Assembly: GCA_965263355.1 (NCBI GenBank)
Contig: CBDHHL010000032.1
Location: 1 to 64,000, forward strand
Origin: Leptolyngbyaceae cyanobacterium
GTDB taxonomy: Bacteria; Cyanobacteriota; Cyanobacteriia; Phormidesmidales; Phormidesmidaceae
Reading direction: 5' to 3'
Length of the DNA: 64,000 nt
In this document: one piece after another, positions 9,088 through 21,629 of the stretch
How the letters are laid out: every line of letters begins with the position of its first letter
Position numbering within the stretch: the stretch's first letter is position 1
Program-made: the position numbers and the translations under genes
The notes under the pieces: generated by a model
Told to the model about the DNA's origin: nothing
What the model saw: the letters and a program-made list of their open reading frames with translations, nothing else
The model's database searches: none

Positions 9088-10098
9088 ATGAGCCTTTCTA
9101 TATCAAATACGGAAATATTCGATTACGCCCAAATTAGAGCCGCTGCGCTTAAAGGTCCTCGGGTAAACTCTCTACTGCAGCATTTTGAAAATATTGCTGC
9201 TGGTATTTCCCAGGCACCTAAGCTGAGCATGCAGGCTGCAGCTGACTTTTTAAGCCTGAGCAATGAGTATCAGGCTTACCACAGTGTCTTTCAACGCAAT
9301 ATCGGCACATTCTACCAACATCTATGTGCCAGTATTCCATTTTTTATAGAAGAGCAATGTCGACTGGGGGTGGCCCTACAAAAATTAGCTGAACATCGAG
9401 CCCAGCAGCAAAAATCTCCCTTTACTCTGTATGAAACCAGTTCTGCAGACGGAACAAATGCAAGAACACTGTGTGAATATTCCCAGGGATTGACTAGGAG
9501 TTTAACCGATTCCCCCAATCTAGCAAACGGAGAAAATTTTCGTAGACTGTGTCAACATCAGTACTCCGATATGTATATCGGGCCTTTTGTTGATATCACC
9601 CCTGAGTATCTTGCAAGCAGACATGACCGTCCATACCTGAAGCATGGGTTTGATGCAATTTTTGAAAATACCACATTTCAGATGTACGGTCCTGACCGCA
9701 AGGCACAAATTGCCTATGTAAAGCGTGTACTTAAGGATGACGGGATAATGATCTTCTGCGAAAAGCTGATGCATCCTCTCCGTCATGAATATGAAAGACG
9801 AGAGGATATCAAGGATAATCTCTTCAAGGCCCAGTACTTTAGCAAAACCGAAATTGCTCAAAAGAGTTTTCAAATACTTGAGGAGATGGAAAAATGTCAA
9901 GTGACCTTGGATGCTTTAGTTCACTGCATCAGCTACCACTTTCGACATGCATACATGATCTGGAATAGTACTAATTTTTATGAAATCGTTGCATCTAATG
10001 ATAAATCTAACTTGAAAACGTTTATTGATTACCTTGGAGCATATTATGTGCCTGCACCCTTTTTATGCGAGGGCGGCATCACAAAGCAACTTCTTTAG
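9088..10098 (+). CDS. Class I SAM-dependent methyltransferase-fold protein, CmoA-like C-terminus
   Basis: FDAIFEN..FQ, RVLKDDGIMIFCEK and FK..YFSKTEIAQK...W...NF..IVA pattern. Confidence 0.65.
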   Translation: MSLSISNTEIFDYAQIRAAALKGPRVNSLLQHFENIAAGISQAPKLSMQAAADFLSLSNEYQAYHSVFQRNIGTFYQHLCASIPFFIEEQCRLGVALQKLAEHRAQQQKSPFTLYETSSADGTNARTLCEYSQGLTRSLTDSPNLANGENFRRLCQHQYSDMYIGPFVDITPEYLASRHDRPYLKHGFDAIFENTTFQMYGPDRKAQIAYVKRVLKDDGIMIFCEKLMHPLRHEYERREDIKDNLFKAQYFSKTEIAQKSFQILEEMEKCQVTLDALVHCISYHFRHAYMIWNSTNFYEIVASNDKSNLKTFIDYLGAYYVPAPFLCEGGITKQLL

Positions 10099-10171
10099 TA
10101 AACCTTGTCCATATCCAGAACTGTAGTTTTGCCGTAGAGGAAACTCTAAGCTTCAACTTGGAGATGGTTTA
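10099..10171 (+). repeat. ~73-bp MITE-like dispersed repeat, copy a
   Basis: TAAACC..TCCA...TGGA.ATGGTTTA terminal inverted repeats; homologs at 30180, 35914 and 46821. Confidence 0.8.
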
Positions 10172-10227
10172 GTAAGTTTGTAAGGTTATGAGGTATCTAG
10201 AAATTAGATAGGAACGGGTTAGATTAG

Positions 10228-10902
10228 GTGGCAATGCTCTCAAATTTTTTGCTAACGGGTATTTTTATCGGTTTCTGCATCGCCTTGCCTTTTGGCGGTA
10301 ATGCTGTGCTTTGCGCCAAAAATACCCTACTACATGGTGGTAAATCCGGAATTTCTACAGGATTAGGTGCAGCGACTGCCCATGCGTCCTATAGTCTATT
10401 AGGACTTTCAGGCCTGGTGGCGGTTGAAGCACTCCTGGCACAGTATCTTGGGATACTAGAAGTTCTGGGTGGACTGTTTCTCTGCTATTTTGGAGCGTCC
10501 ACTATCCTCAAAGAAATACCGGATCTTAATGCTGAGAATTCAGAAAAACAGGGATTAGTCAAGACCTATATCGCATCCACCCTTTTTGCATTTACAAACC
10601 CTAAGAGCATCATTGTGGCAGCTGTTCTCATTGCTGAATCAGGTGCTTTTGGTATTATCAGTGAGCATGTTAAAGCGCTTTCACTATTTTTCATTATATT
10701 TGGTGTTTTTATGGGGTCGACTCTATGGTGGATAATTTTGGTAGGTTCTGTCAGCTTCCTGAAAAAAATTCTGGACTACACATACTTGACTCTTTTAAAT
10801 CAAGCGTTTTCAGTCCTCGTCATTGCGTCTGGTTTATTTTTTGCGGTGCTTGGACTGGGAAAAATCTGGCCTTTTGCCTACAACGCACAGGTGCTGGGTT
10901 AG
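10228..10902 (+). CDS. LysE family exporter
   Basis: G..IALPFG, GLGAATA, TNPKSII and GSTLWW motifs; about 6 TM segments. Confidence 0.85.
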   Translation: MAMLSNFLLTGIFIGFCIALPFGGNAVLCAKNTLLHGGKSGISTGLGAATAHASYSLLGLSGLVAVEALLAQYLGILEVLGGLFLCYFGASTILKEIPDLNAENSEKQGLVKTYIASTLFAFTNPKSIIVAAVLIAESGAFGIISEHVKALSLFFIIFGVFMGSTLWWIILVGSVSFLKKILDYTYLTLLNQAFSVLVIASGLFFAVLGLGKIWPFAYNAQVLG

Positions 10903-10978
10903 GCTGTGAAACTCAAGATCTAAGCCGGTCTAGAAAGAACATTAGGCTATCAATAGGCCAACCGTTTGGATCGCCCTC

Positions 10979-12961
10979 ATGATGCTTCGAACTTTCAATA
11001 TATTCAAAAAACTACCGTTACGCACGATTCTGATTACTCCTATTGTGCTGCAGTTAATAGTGGTATTTGGAGTTGTCAGTTATCTGTCCTTTAAGAATGG
11101 ACAAACTGCGGTTAAAGAACTTGCGTCTCGACTACGTGATGAGCTAACTGAGCGCATTCTACAACAGCTCACGACTACTATTGAGCGGCCTTATAGGATT
11201 AATTCTGTTAGTTCGAGCTATGTTCAACAGGGCGATATTGATATTCTCACAGGTAGGGGCGAGCACTTGCTATGGAATCAGTTTGAAGTTTTTCCGGCGA
11301 CAAATCTGGTTTATTGTGGCACAGAAAAAGAGGGTGCATTTCTAGGGGTAGGTTCTAGTACGGGGGAAAATAGTGTCGTTCAAATTCATACGGCAAATGA
11401 AAGTACGAATCGCGATCGCTATATCTACGATGTAGATTCTATGGGTAGGCGCTCGTCTTTAGCCGAAAAATTAAACAAAACATATGATCCTCGGCTCCGT
11501 CCCTGGTATAGAAAAGCAAAAAACCTAGGACAGCCTACCTGGAGTGATATTTATCTAGACTTTGATACATTTCTGCCGACTATCTCAGCAATTACGCCTG
11601 TTTACGATGTAGGCAGTGGAGAATTATTGGCAATTTGTGGGACCGATATTATTCTTTCTCGTGAATTAACTGATTTCCTGAGAGGTCTAAAGATTAGTCA
11701 GGCAGGAATTGCTTTTATCATGGACCCTTCTGGGACTCTCATTGCCAGTTCAACAGAAGATCCTCTCACGTCAGGTACTGGTGAGAGTATGAAAACGCTG
11801 ACTGCTCGTGAAAGTGATAATCAATTAATTCGAAGCTCTGCTCAATTTTTAACCACAAAATTTAAAAGTTTAGACCAGGTTGAGTCATCGCAATTAAATT
11901 TCATATTAAATAATAGCCAACGACAATATCTTCAAGTAGTCCGTTTTGGTGATGACTATGGTCTAGATTGGGTTGTGGTTGTGGTTGTTCCTGAAGCAGA
12001 CTTTATGGGGAAAATCAATCAAGGTACGCGGACTACATTGATTTTATGCCTGGCTGCATTGGGTGGTTCTATCCTGATTGGAGTATTGATAACCCGATCG
12101 ATCACTAAACCTATTTTGAAGCTCAGCGCTGCTAGTCAGGAGGTTGCCAATGGCCGTATCAACCAGGCTGTTGATGTCAGTTACGTCCATGAAGTGGGCA
12201 TTTTAGCCAAGTCTTTCAATAAGATGGTAGCTCAACTCAGACGAGCGTTTGCAGACCTTGAGCACAGTAATGAAGTATTAGAACAACGGGTTGAGCAACG
12301 AACAAGAGCGCTGCGCATTGAACAGGAAAAGTCTGAACAGTTGTTGCTCAACATCTTGCCCCAAGAGATTGCGCATCGCTTAAAACAATCCCCAGGAACC
12401 ATTGCGGATAACTTCAATGAAGTGACTGTTCTGTTTGCAGATATTGTTGGCTTTACCCAGCTATCCTCCAGCAGTAGCCCATCTGAAACGGTTGAATTTT
12501 TAAATGCTGTGTTCTCTTTATTCGATGACTTATCAGACCACTATGGCTTAGAGAAAATAAAAACAATTGGTGATGCCTATATGGTAGCTGGAGGATTACC
12601 GAATCCCAGGATAGATCATCTAGAGGCAACCGCTGATATGGCGTTAGCAATGCAGCAGCAAGTCGCTGATTTAAATAATTTTAGATTTCAATCTGTTGCC
12701 TTACGCATTGGTATTCATTCAGGCCCCGTGGTAGCTGGGGTGATTGGCACAAAAAAATTTATTTATGATCTATGGGGAGATACGGTGAATATTGCCAGCC
12801 GGATGGAATCCCATGGAGAAGCCAGACACATTCAAGTAACGGAAACTGTGTATCAGGCTCTAAAAAATCGATATCGTTTTCAAGAACGGGGTATGACTGC
12901 CGTTAAAGGTAAAGGCGAGATGATGACCTATTGGTTATTGGGAAAAAGCTTGGGAAATTAG
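10979..12961 (+). CDS. Cache-HAMP class III adenylate/guanylate cyclase
   Basis: YDPRLRPWY Cache motif, HAMP, FADIVGFT, KIKTIGDAYM and YDLWGDTVNIASRMES. Confidence 0.93.
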   Translation: MMLRTFNIFKKLPLRTILITPIVLQLIVVFGVVSYLSFKNGQTAVKELASRLRDELTERILQQLTTTIERPYRINSVSSSYVQQGDIDILTGRGEHLLWNQFEVFPATNLVYCGTEKEGAFLGVGSSTGENSVVQIHTANESTNRDRYIYDVDSMGRRSSLAEKLNKTYDPRLRPWYRKAKNLGQPTWSDIYLDFDTFLPTISAITPVYDVGSGELLAICGTDIILSRELTDFLRGLKISQAGIAFIMDPSGTLIASSTEDPLTSGTGESMKTLTARESDNQLIRSSAQFLTTKFKSLDQVESSQLNFILNNSQRQYLQVVRFGDDYGLDWVVVVVVPEADFMGKINQGTRTTLILCLAALGGSILIGVLITRSITKPILKLSAASQEVANGRINQAVDVSYVHEVGILAKSFNKMVAQLRRAFADLEHSNEVLEQRVEQRTRALRIEQEKSEQLLLNILPQEIAHRLKQSPGTIADNFNEVTVLFADIVGFTQLSSSSSPSETVEFLNAVFSLFDDLSDHYGLEKIKTIGDAYMVAGGLPNPRIDHLEATADMALAMQQQVADLNNFRFQSVALRIGIHSGPVVAGVIGTKKFIYDLWGDTVNIASRMESHGEARHIQVTETVYQALKNRYRFQERGMTAVKGKGEMMTYWLLGKSLGN

Positions 12962-13305
12962 TGATGAAGTGCTCTGACCTTGGGAACAAAATCAACAATT
13001 GAGGATTCTACTAAATAGATATAGTTAAGATGCGTAGCGATATTTGATAAATCAAAAACTGTGTGTTACTTGATTTTTAGAAAATAAGCGTTACATTGCT
13101 AAGGGTGGATGCACTGCCAGCTTATTGGGTGCCTTGCAGGTATGCTCATTTCACAGGTTGCGTTACTGGTGCCGTGGTAGTACACAGGCATTTTTGCTAA
13201 ATTCCGCACATAAAGTAAAAGACTCATCAGATCTTTATAAACTAGCTCCTGCACTTTTTGAAATTGGATCGAATTTTTAAGTAATAGTGTTTTTCTAGCT
13301 CTACT

Positions 13306-14043
13306 ATGAAGATCCCCACTGCCCTTGTTTCATTACTAGCGTTAGCTGGTACTGTGGCTACTGCTGAAAGTGCTGATGCTGCAATTTCAACGGTAGAAAT
13401 TCCAGACGATTTAAGAGAGGCTATCTGTTATCAAAATTGGTATAAAGCGATTGAACTATCTAGTCGCTTAATAACGTCTTCAAAAATCACTCCCGAACAT
13501 CGTCAAACACTACTTGAGTTACGACGTGATTTTTATACCTATGCGAAGGGTAACGAGACTAATCCTGATAAAATTGTGGGCTGCCAAAATCTGCGGTCAT
13601 CCTCTGTAAATCAACCAAGGCAGGGCTATCAAAGTCCTGCACCAGCACCTCGATTTTCCAGCAGCAGTTCAAATGCGCCAGGTCGCTATTGCTATCAAAG
13701 AAGGATACGTGCGGGCTTTGATAATGCAGACTCTCGTTGCAGTAATGGCTTGTCGTTTGTATCAGAAACGACCGTACCCCTACGCCGGGTCAATGCGCCC
13801 ACTAGCATATGGACAGTGGGTGCTCGGGTAGAAGGGAATAGTGTGAGAGGGACGTTATTGAACAATGGGTTAGCTGCGGTCAGGGGGATTACCCTAACAA
13901 TTCGCTCCCAGCAAGCTGATCAATCAGAGGATGTGAAGACAGTGGCGATTGATACAGTTAATGCATGGAGTGAAACTGAGTTTGTGGCCACATTTAACCA
14001 TGCACCTGGAAATTGGTTAATTGAGAGTCTTGAGGTGAATTAA
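13306..14043 (+). CDS. Secreted hypothetical protein with a C-terminal Ig-like (FxLYD-like) domain
   Basis: Signal peptide; C-terminal VRGTLLNNG beta-rich segment. Confidence 0.6.
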   Translation: MKIPTALVSLLALAGTVATAESADAAISTVEIPDDLREAICYQNWYKAIELSSRLITSSKITPEHRQTLLELRRDFYTYAKGNETNPDKIVGCQNLRSSSVNQPRQGYQSPAPAPRFSSSSSNAPGRYCYQRRIRAGFDNADSRCSNGLSFVSETTVPLRRVNAPTSIWTVGARVEGNSVRGTLLNNGLAAVRGITLTIRSQQADQSEDVKTVAIDTVNAWSETEFVATFNHAPGNWLIESLEVN

Positions 14044-14161
14044 ACGGTTGTTATATTTTTCTATGGACAGTTTAGTGACCTCCTCCGTTTAGTGTGGCTA
14101 TGGCTATGGTTAACACTGGCATAACATAGACGCACTGGGTAACTTTGGGCAGGAGGTATGC

Positions 14162-14695
14162 ATGCTAGTAATCTATGTTGCGATCGCACTATTTTCCATC
14201 ATTATTATTTGGCTTGCATTCCAGCCAAAACAAGGAACAAAAGCATCTAATGCTCCTAAACCTGCTGATTGCTCCCATCAGTTACCCAAACCTCAGGAGT
14301 TACCTGACCGTCATGTAGACCCTTTGACAAGGGGGCAATCGCCCGTCTCTGGGAGTACCTCAGCTGTTGTAGAAACATTTGATATTGACCGTCATGATAT
14401 TAATGATCGTGTGCGACTGTTTATGCAGCAAGGCCAAAAAGTTGAGGCTAAGCTGATAAAAACAGTCACAAACTGGAACTTAAAAGAGGTGAAGGACTAC
14501 ATTGATCGTTATCCCGATATATCTCCTTTGCCAACACCAGAAAGCGATGGGCCTGTAAGTGCGAAAATTCGACAGTTACTGTCTGAAAGAAACTATATGG
14601 ACGCGATTCAACTCGTTCAAAGTCGAACTGGCATGATGAGTATGGCAGCTAAAGACTATATTGAGCAACACTTTGACTACACGTTTCCGTTTTAA
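14162..14695 (+). CDS. Membrane-anchored protein with two ribosomal L7/L12 C-terminal-like repeats
   Basis: GGAGG RBS, N-terminal TM, LIKTVTNWNLKEVKDYID and AIQLVQSRTGMMSMAAKDYIE. Confidence 0.6.
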   Translation: MLVIYVAIALFSIIIIWLAFQPKQGTKASNAPKPADCSHQLPKPQELPDRHVDPLTRGQSPVSGSTSAVVETFDIDRHDINDRVRLFMQQGQKVEAKLIKTVTNWNLKEVKDYIDRYPDISPLPTPESDGPVSAKIRQLLSERNYMDAIQLVQSRTGMMSMAAKDYIEQHFDYTFPF

Positions 14696-14709
14696 TTTGT
14701 AATCCTGGT

Positions 14710-14741
14710 CGGTAGGAACATTGCATGCAATGCTCCTACCG
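14710..14741. repeat. GTAG-type REP palindrome
   Basis: GTAGGAACATTGCATGCAATGCTCCTAC between convergent genes. Confidence 0.8.
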
Positions 14742-14756
14742 GGGTAAACGCACTTA

Positions 14757-15596
14757 TTACTTCACTCTAAAATTGAGGATCAAATAGCGTAATAGCCCTG
14801 CCTGAGTAATCTTTTTGACGGCGGCAACATCTTTCACCGCTTTTATGCAGCCTGCTTGCTCAAACACATGACACACCACCGGATAGGTAGGCAGGGTTTG
14901 GCGAGTAATATCCTCGTGGGTGCCAAGCTGGAATCCTGTTTTTTGAGCCAGTGCTCGATAATCTGCTAAGGTTACGCAACTGTCTGCTCGGCCAAAGGTA
15001 CTTGCGAGCATCGGGTTGGTAAACTTAGCGATAAACTGTTGTAATGCCTTAAAAATAGGTGTTGATACAAAATCACAAATGCCCAGTCGTCCCCCTGGTC
15101 GCAATACTCGTTTTACCTCTTGGAAAAAGAGTTCTCGACTGGGAAAATGAAAAATACATTCTACCGCCAGCACCACATCTAACGAGTTGTTGTCAAACGG
15201 GAGCTGGCACGCATCGCCTTCAACAAAGATAATTTTGTTGTTTGCTAGGGGGGTGACTTGCTGGCGTGCTCGATCTAGCTGACGTGGATCGATGTTTAAG
15301 CCAATCATGTCCAGGTTTTGGAACTGTTCATTGAGGCTGGCAATGGTGCCACCAAAGCCACAGCCTGCATCGAGTAATCGCTCACCTTCTGTTACTCCGG
15401 CTGTTTGATAAACCCGCTGACAGAGATTTTCAGCTGCGATCGCAAAATCTTCCACCGTCCCATCAGCCTCATTTGGATTAGCCCAATACCCCCAGTGCAC
15501 ATGACGACCAAAAACCTTTTGTATGCTCGAGTCACCCAGACTTAACTGCTCTAGCACGATATCAAAGTAGGGCATGGAGATGTGGGCAGAACGCAT
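14757..15596 (-). CDS. SAM-dependent methyltransferase (sterol/tocopherol MT-like)
   Basis: HVHWGYW, LLDAGCGFGG, GDACQLPF and RVLRPGG. Confidence 0.9.
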   Translation of the reverse strand: MRSAHISMPYFDIVLEQLSLGDSSIQKVFGRHVHWGYWANPNEADGTVEDFAIAAENLCQRVYQTAGVTEGERLLDAGCGFGGTIASLNEQFQNLDMIGLNIDPRQLDRARQQVTPLANNKIIFVEGDACQLPFDNNSLDVVLAVECIFHFPSRELFFQEVKRVLRPGGRLGICDFVSTPIFKALQQFIAKFTNPMLASTFGRADSCVTLADYRALAQKTGFQLGTHEDITRQTLPTYPVVCHVFEQAGCIKAVKDVAAVKKITQAGLLRYLILNFRVK

Positions 15597-15912
15597 AATT
15601 GTTGTCCAAATGAGGAGCTAGCATCAGAAAATGCCATTATTATGATACGGACAAGTACTGGTGTTTAGTGGATAGTGGCGCATAATGTGGATACTGGGAG
15701 TCATAGGGCGATGGCGTATTTGGGGATTAGTATTATTAGGGGGATTCCTATTTACTGCGCCAGCCTATGCCAACAGCTGGCCACCCATGGCAGTCCCATT
15801 GTTCTATTGATCCTATGCCTATGTTGTGATTCCTATTATGGTCGGTATCCTCATAGTTAGGTTGTGGTGACTAGCATGGGGGAAGTATGCATGTCATTTT
15901 GTGGTTGGTCAG

Positions 15913-16308
15913 CTATCTACGGAGCGAACGCCATTTTTCCATGTTGGCACCTATAAAATGTTCGCAGACTAAAACGGTAATAATACCCATGGTGTAAAAG
16001 ATAAAGTCTTCCCAAACAAATGTTGTGCCGATAACGGTTCTAGCGATTCGGTGAGAGCCTAAGCCAAGAATCTCTACAATTTTGAAGTATTGCAAAATCT
16101 CCACTAGAAATGAGAATAACAGAACGCCGATAGATGTGTTGACGATTGGATATTTAAAGAATGTACGAACAAAGGTGTAAATAAGAATGACAACCAGAAA
16201 ATCACCCATATAGGGACGGACAAAATCATCCTTGACAAAGACACCAATATAAACTTCGGTAAGAAACAAAAAAACAGTCCAATAAAAGTAGTATGCGTTA
16301 AATCTCAT
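15913..16308 (-). CDS. DUF2809 membrane protein
   Basis: FVRPYMGD, VEILQYF and IGTTF.WED. Confidence 0.8.
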   Translation of the reverse strand: MRFNAYYFYWTVFLFLTEVYIGVFVKDDFVRPYMGDFLVVILIYTFVRTFFKYPIVNTSIGVLLFSFLVEILQYFKIVEILGLGSHRIARTVIGTTFVWEDFIFYTMGIITVLVCEHFIGANMEKWRSLRR

Positions 16309-16498
16309 GGGTATCTGGCAATGGTGAAGAACTCACAATATGAATACCCTTGAGGCCGTGACGATTCCAGAAACGGCACTGTCATTTAAGCGAGACATCT
16401 GTATACATTGCATAAACTTTTCTGGGTTTTCTTTATGATCTCTTATTGTGTTGATGTACCTTTGCGTTAACGTCAGCGTTGACTTGTCAATTCGCACC

Positions 16499-17029
16499 AT
16501 GGCAGCATCCTATTATTCCTTTTGGTTAGTGCCCCAGGAACCTGACCTAACATTTTTTCAACACATTATTAACACCTTAGCCGAGCGTTTTAGTACCGTT
16601 TCCTTTTGTCCCCATGTCACGCTTTACAGTGGTCCTTTGCCAGCTACTGTTGATGTAAAGCAAGTCTGTGCATCACTATCATTGACGGAGTCTATGGGGC
16701 TTGAGGTTATCCATCTCAGCCATGAAGTGCGTTTCTCTAAAACTCTACATGTACAGCTTCGGCAGACGCCCTCGTTAAGCCAGTTGGTTAACCGTTTAGT
16801 GGCCGCGATTCCCAAGGCTCAACTGCCTGTACTAGATCCCCATCTCAGTTTGCTTTACCACCATATGGATACAGGAACCCGGCAAACGCTAGCAGAGTCC
16901 ATCACGCTGCCTCGCTCTACCATTCAGTTTAATCAGGTGCAAGCCATTGCCGCGCCCGAGAACTTTGAGACCCAGGCACACGTCGCCAGTTTACGCTGTG
17001 TCCATAGCCAATTGTTGCCTACACCATGA
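16499..17029 (+). CDS. 2H cyclic phosphodiesterase-like protein
   Basis: Two Hx(T/S) motifs, PHVTL and PHLSL; YSFWLVP. Confidence 0.85.
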   Translation: MAASYYSFWLVPQEPDLTFFQHIINTLAERFSTVSFCPHVTLYSGPLPATVDVKQVCASLSLTESMGLEVIHLSHEVRFSKTLHVQLRQTPSLSQLVNRLVAAIPKAQLPVLDPHLSLLYHHMDTGTRQTLAESITLPRSTIQFNQVQAIAAPENFETQAHVASLRCVHSQLLPTP

Positions 17030-17844
17030 CTGCATCGTCCCCCAGAATCATTGGCTTGCTTCCTGCTGCTGGCCAGGGCAGCCGTATTAGTCCCTTGCCC
17101 ATGAGCAAAGAGCTGTTTCCCATCGGGTTTCAGGACCTGGCGGATAAGGGCTTAAGGCCTAAGGTAGTTTGTCAATATCTGTTGGAGGCCATGGGGCGGG
17201 CGGGCGTGGGAGAATCCTTTTTGATTTTGCGACCAGGGAAATGGGATATCCCAGCCTATTTAGGCGATGGGTCGCAGCTAGGTATGCGGTTGGCCTATTT
17301 GACGGTCCATGTACCCTTTGGGGTGCCGTTTAGTCTCAATCAGGCTTATCCCTTTGTTAAAGATGCCATCATCGCCATGGGGTTTCCCGATATTCTGTTT
17401 AGCCCTGTCGATGCTTACAGTCGCCTAATCGAGCGGTTGCAGATGTCTCAAGCGGATGTGGTGTTGGGTCTATTTCCCACTGACCAGCCTGAGAAAGTGG
17501 GGCTGGTTGAGTTTGATCAGAATGGTGTGGTGTCTGGTATCTATGAAAAGTCCAAACTTACCCATCTGCGCTACATGTGGGCAGTTGCAGTGTGGCGACC
17601 TAGCTTCACGGAGTTTCTACATCAGTTTGTGGAGACTAAATGCAGGGCACTGATTGGAGATAAGTCTCCGATGTTGATCAAAGCAATGCCAGACTATACG
17701 GAGACGCCGATTGGAGATGTGATGGCGGGTGCGATCGCAAACAACCTCCGCATCGAAGCCATTCCCTTTGAAACCGGTCACTACCTCGATATCGGTACCC
17801 CCGAAAACCTGATCAATGCCGTTTATCATTACGGTAAGCTTTAG
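17026..17844 (+). CDS. Sugar-phosphate nucleotidyltransferase (RmlA-like)
   Basis: PAAGQGSRISPLPMSKEL and YLDIGTP. Confidence 0.88.
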   Translation: MTASSPRIIGLLPAAGQGSRISPLPMSKELFPIGFQDLADKGLRPKVVCQYLLEAMGRAGVGESFLILRPGKWDIPAYLGDGSQLGMRLAYLTVHVPFGVPFSLNQAYPFVKDAIIAMGFPDILFSPVDAYSRLIERLQMSQADVVLGLFPTDQPEKVGLVEFDQNGVVSGIYEKSKLTHLRYMWAVAVWRPSFTEFLHQFVETKCRALIGDKSPMLIKAMPDYTETPIGDVMAGAIANNLRIEAIPFETGHYLDIGTPENLINAVYHYGKL

Positions 17845-18000
17845 CAGACTTGAAAGGGCTACAGTTGCTGATCATCTATACAACCAGAGTTACCGAATCA
17901 CCTACAATGAGGGCAATCCAAATGCAATCTTGGTGGATGAACAACTCCTTCGTTTCCGAGTGGTTCAGAGCCTAACCCCCTGCCCAGTTTTTTGGGGCTG

Positions 18001-18120
18001 CTATACTTTACCCGAGACTTCTTCTTCCTTGAGTTTCCGAATCAATGCTTTGACTTGAGCTTCAAAGAGACTCGGCACTCTAATAATCTTGGTGCTTCGG
18101 CCAGTAGCAGGTCTACTCAT
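18001..18120 (-). CDS. 39-aa small basic protein, possible ribbon-helix DNA binder
   Basis: Hand translation MSRPATGRSTKIIRVPSLFEAQVKALIRKLKEEEVSGKV. Confidence 0.5.
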   Translation of the reverse strand: MSRPATGRSTKIIRVPSLFEAQVKALIRKLKEEEVSGKV

Positions 18121-18139
18121 CGCTGATAATGGTTAACCG

Positions 18140-18235
18140 CTAGCAGGGATACAGCTGGCTTATCAGGTAGGGAATCATGTAATTACTCCCTAACTATTAC
18201 TAACAGTTCGGCATGATAAGCCAGTCCCTGACTAG
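18140..18235 (-). ncRNA. Candidate structured RNA (three-way junction) upstream of the 39-aa ORF
   Basis: CTGGCTTATCA/TGATAAGCCAG stem extended by CAGGGA/TCCCTG, enclosing two hairpins with G-U pairs on the minus strand. Confidence 0.45.
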
Positions 18236-18257
18236 TGATGGGAGCTTTTGAGGCGCA

Positions 18258-18467
18258 TTACACGGATTCATCCATCCATCCGCATTGCTCGCAATCCCAA
18301 TACACTTGCTGTGGCTGAGTCTGACGGATCGGCATTTCGCAATTAGGGCAACGCCCCGTGAAGCTAGGATGCCAATTGAGTAGAGCTAATGGCTGCTGTA
18401 GCGTATAGCGCACAGCTAGGCTCAGTATGGCTTCTCCGTTGTAGGCTGGAGTGTCGTCAGTATTCAT
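18258..18467 (-). CDS. Small zinc-ribbon protein
   Basis: GRCPNC...WDCEQCGW. Confidence 0.65.
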   Translation of the reverse strand: MNTDDTPAYNGEAILSLAVRYTLQQPLALLNWHPSFTGRCPNCEMPIRQTQPQQVYWDCEQCGWMDESV

Positions 18468-18770
18468 GATTTAAAGGCTCCCCATTCCTGGAAGGCTGAT
18501 ACAAAAGTCAATATGTTGCATCTGGGGGGCGACAGATATGCGTGCAGATACCCTCTGTGATTCCACGTAGATATCTACATGATTTAGATTGACATATAAA
18601 TTCAGCGTAGGTTCCCCATGGGTATCTACGCGATACCAACTCAAAGAATAAGCGGTTCTTTGAGCTGGCATATTTGGGCTGAGCTGTGATCACAGCAGGT
18701 AGCTAAAACTACCTAGCCCTCTAGACACAGCTCCTGATCATCAAGATGTAACGGATTATTGAGCCTTAAA

Positions 18771-18953
18771 TCAATATAGCCTTAACGCTGTGGTACCCCA
18801 GCCATTTGGACCATACATGCCGTCGTACAACGAGAAAGATGACGACGAATGCCCTATAAGGTTTAAGAAGATGGGGGTCAAAATCAGGACAAGGCAAATT
18901 AAAACTAGTGAAATGACCGCTGCAAAGTTACCATCAATCAAGTTGCGTTTCAT
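18771..18953 (-). CDS. 60-aa single-TM small protein
   Basis: GAGGAGG RBS before ATG at 18953; hydrophobic helix. Confidence 0.55.
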   Translation of the reverse strand: MKRNLIDGNFAAVISLVLICLVLILTPIFLNLIGHSSSSFSLYDGMYGPNGWGTTALRLY

Positions 18954-19269
18954 AGTGCCCTCCTCTACTCCAAGAATGGGCTTACAATGAACATAGTAAA
19001 AAGACAATTTGAGGATTCTGTGAGGACCACGTCAAAGCAGCGTTTGCTCGCAGGAAAACACTACGTAAACACTGCAATCTAAGCATTCATAAGTTTCTTA
19101 TACCTTTAAAGTGCTCCCTCCCTCCCCCAAATGAATGGCAACGCTTTATTACTACACTGGCTAAACGCGGCAAAAGCTGTATAACTCTCTCATCAGAGGT
19201 GTACTCAAATGAAGTGTTGGTCGGTAAATTTGAGGGTAAATACGTTGCCCTGAGACCACAAGCGTTAAC

Positions 19270-21552
<2,283 letters not shown>

Positions 21553-21629
21553 CTATTTTGGCATTGAGGGTAATCTCAGCCAATAGAGAGCACGAGGTAA
21601 TTTGATGATTTGTGTGAGCCAATACTGAC

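Noticed and set aside
15685..15870. Possible secreted/membrane gene remnant (MWILG...APAYA)
   Set aside because: Internal stop and no identifiable family.
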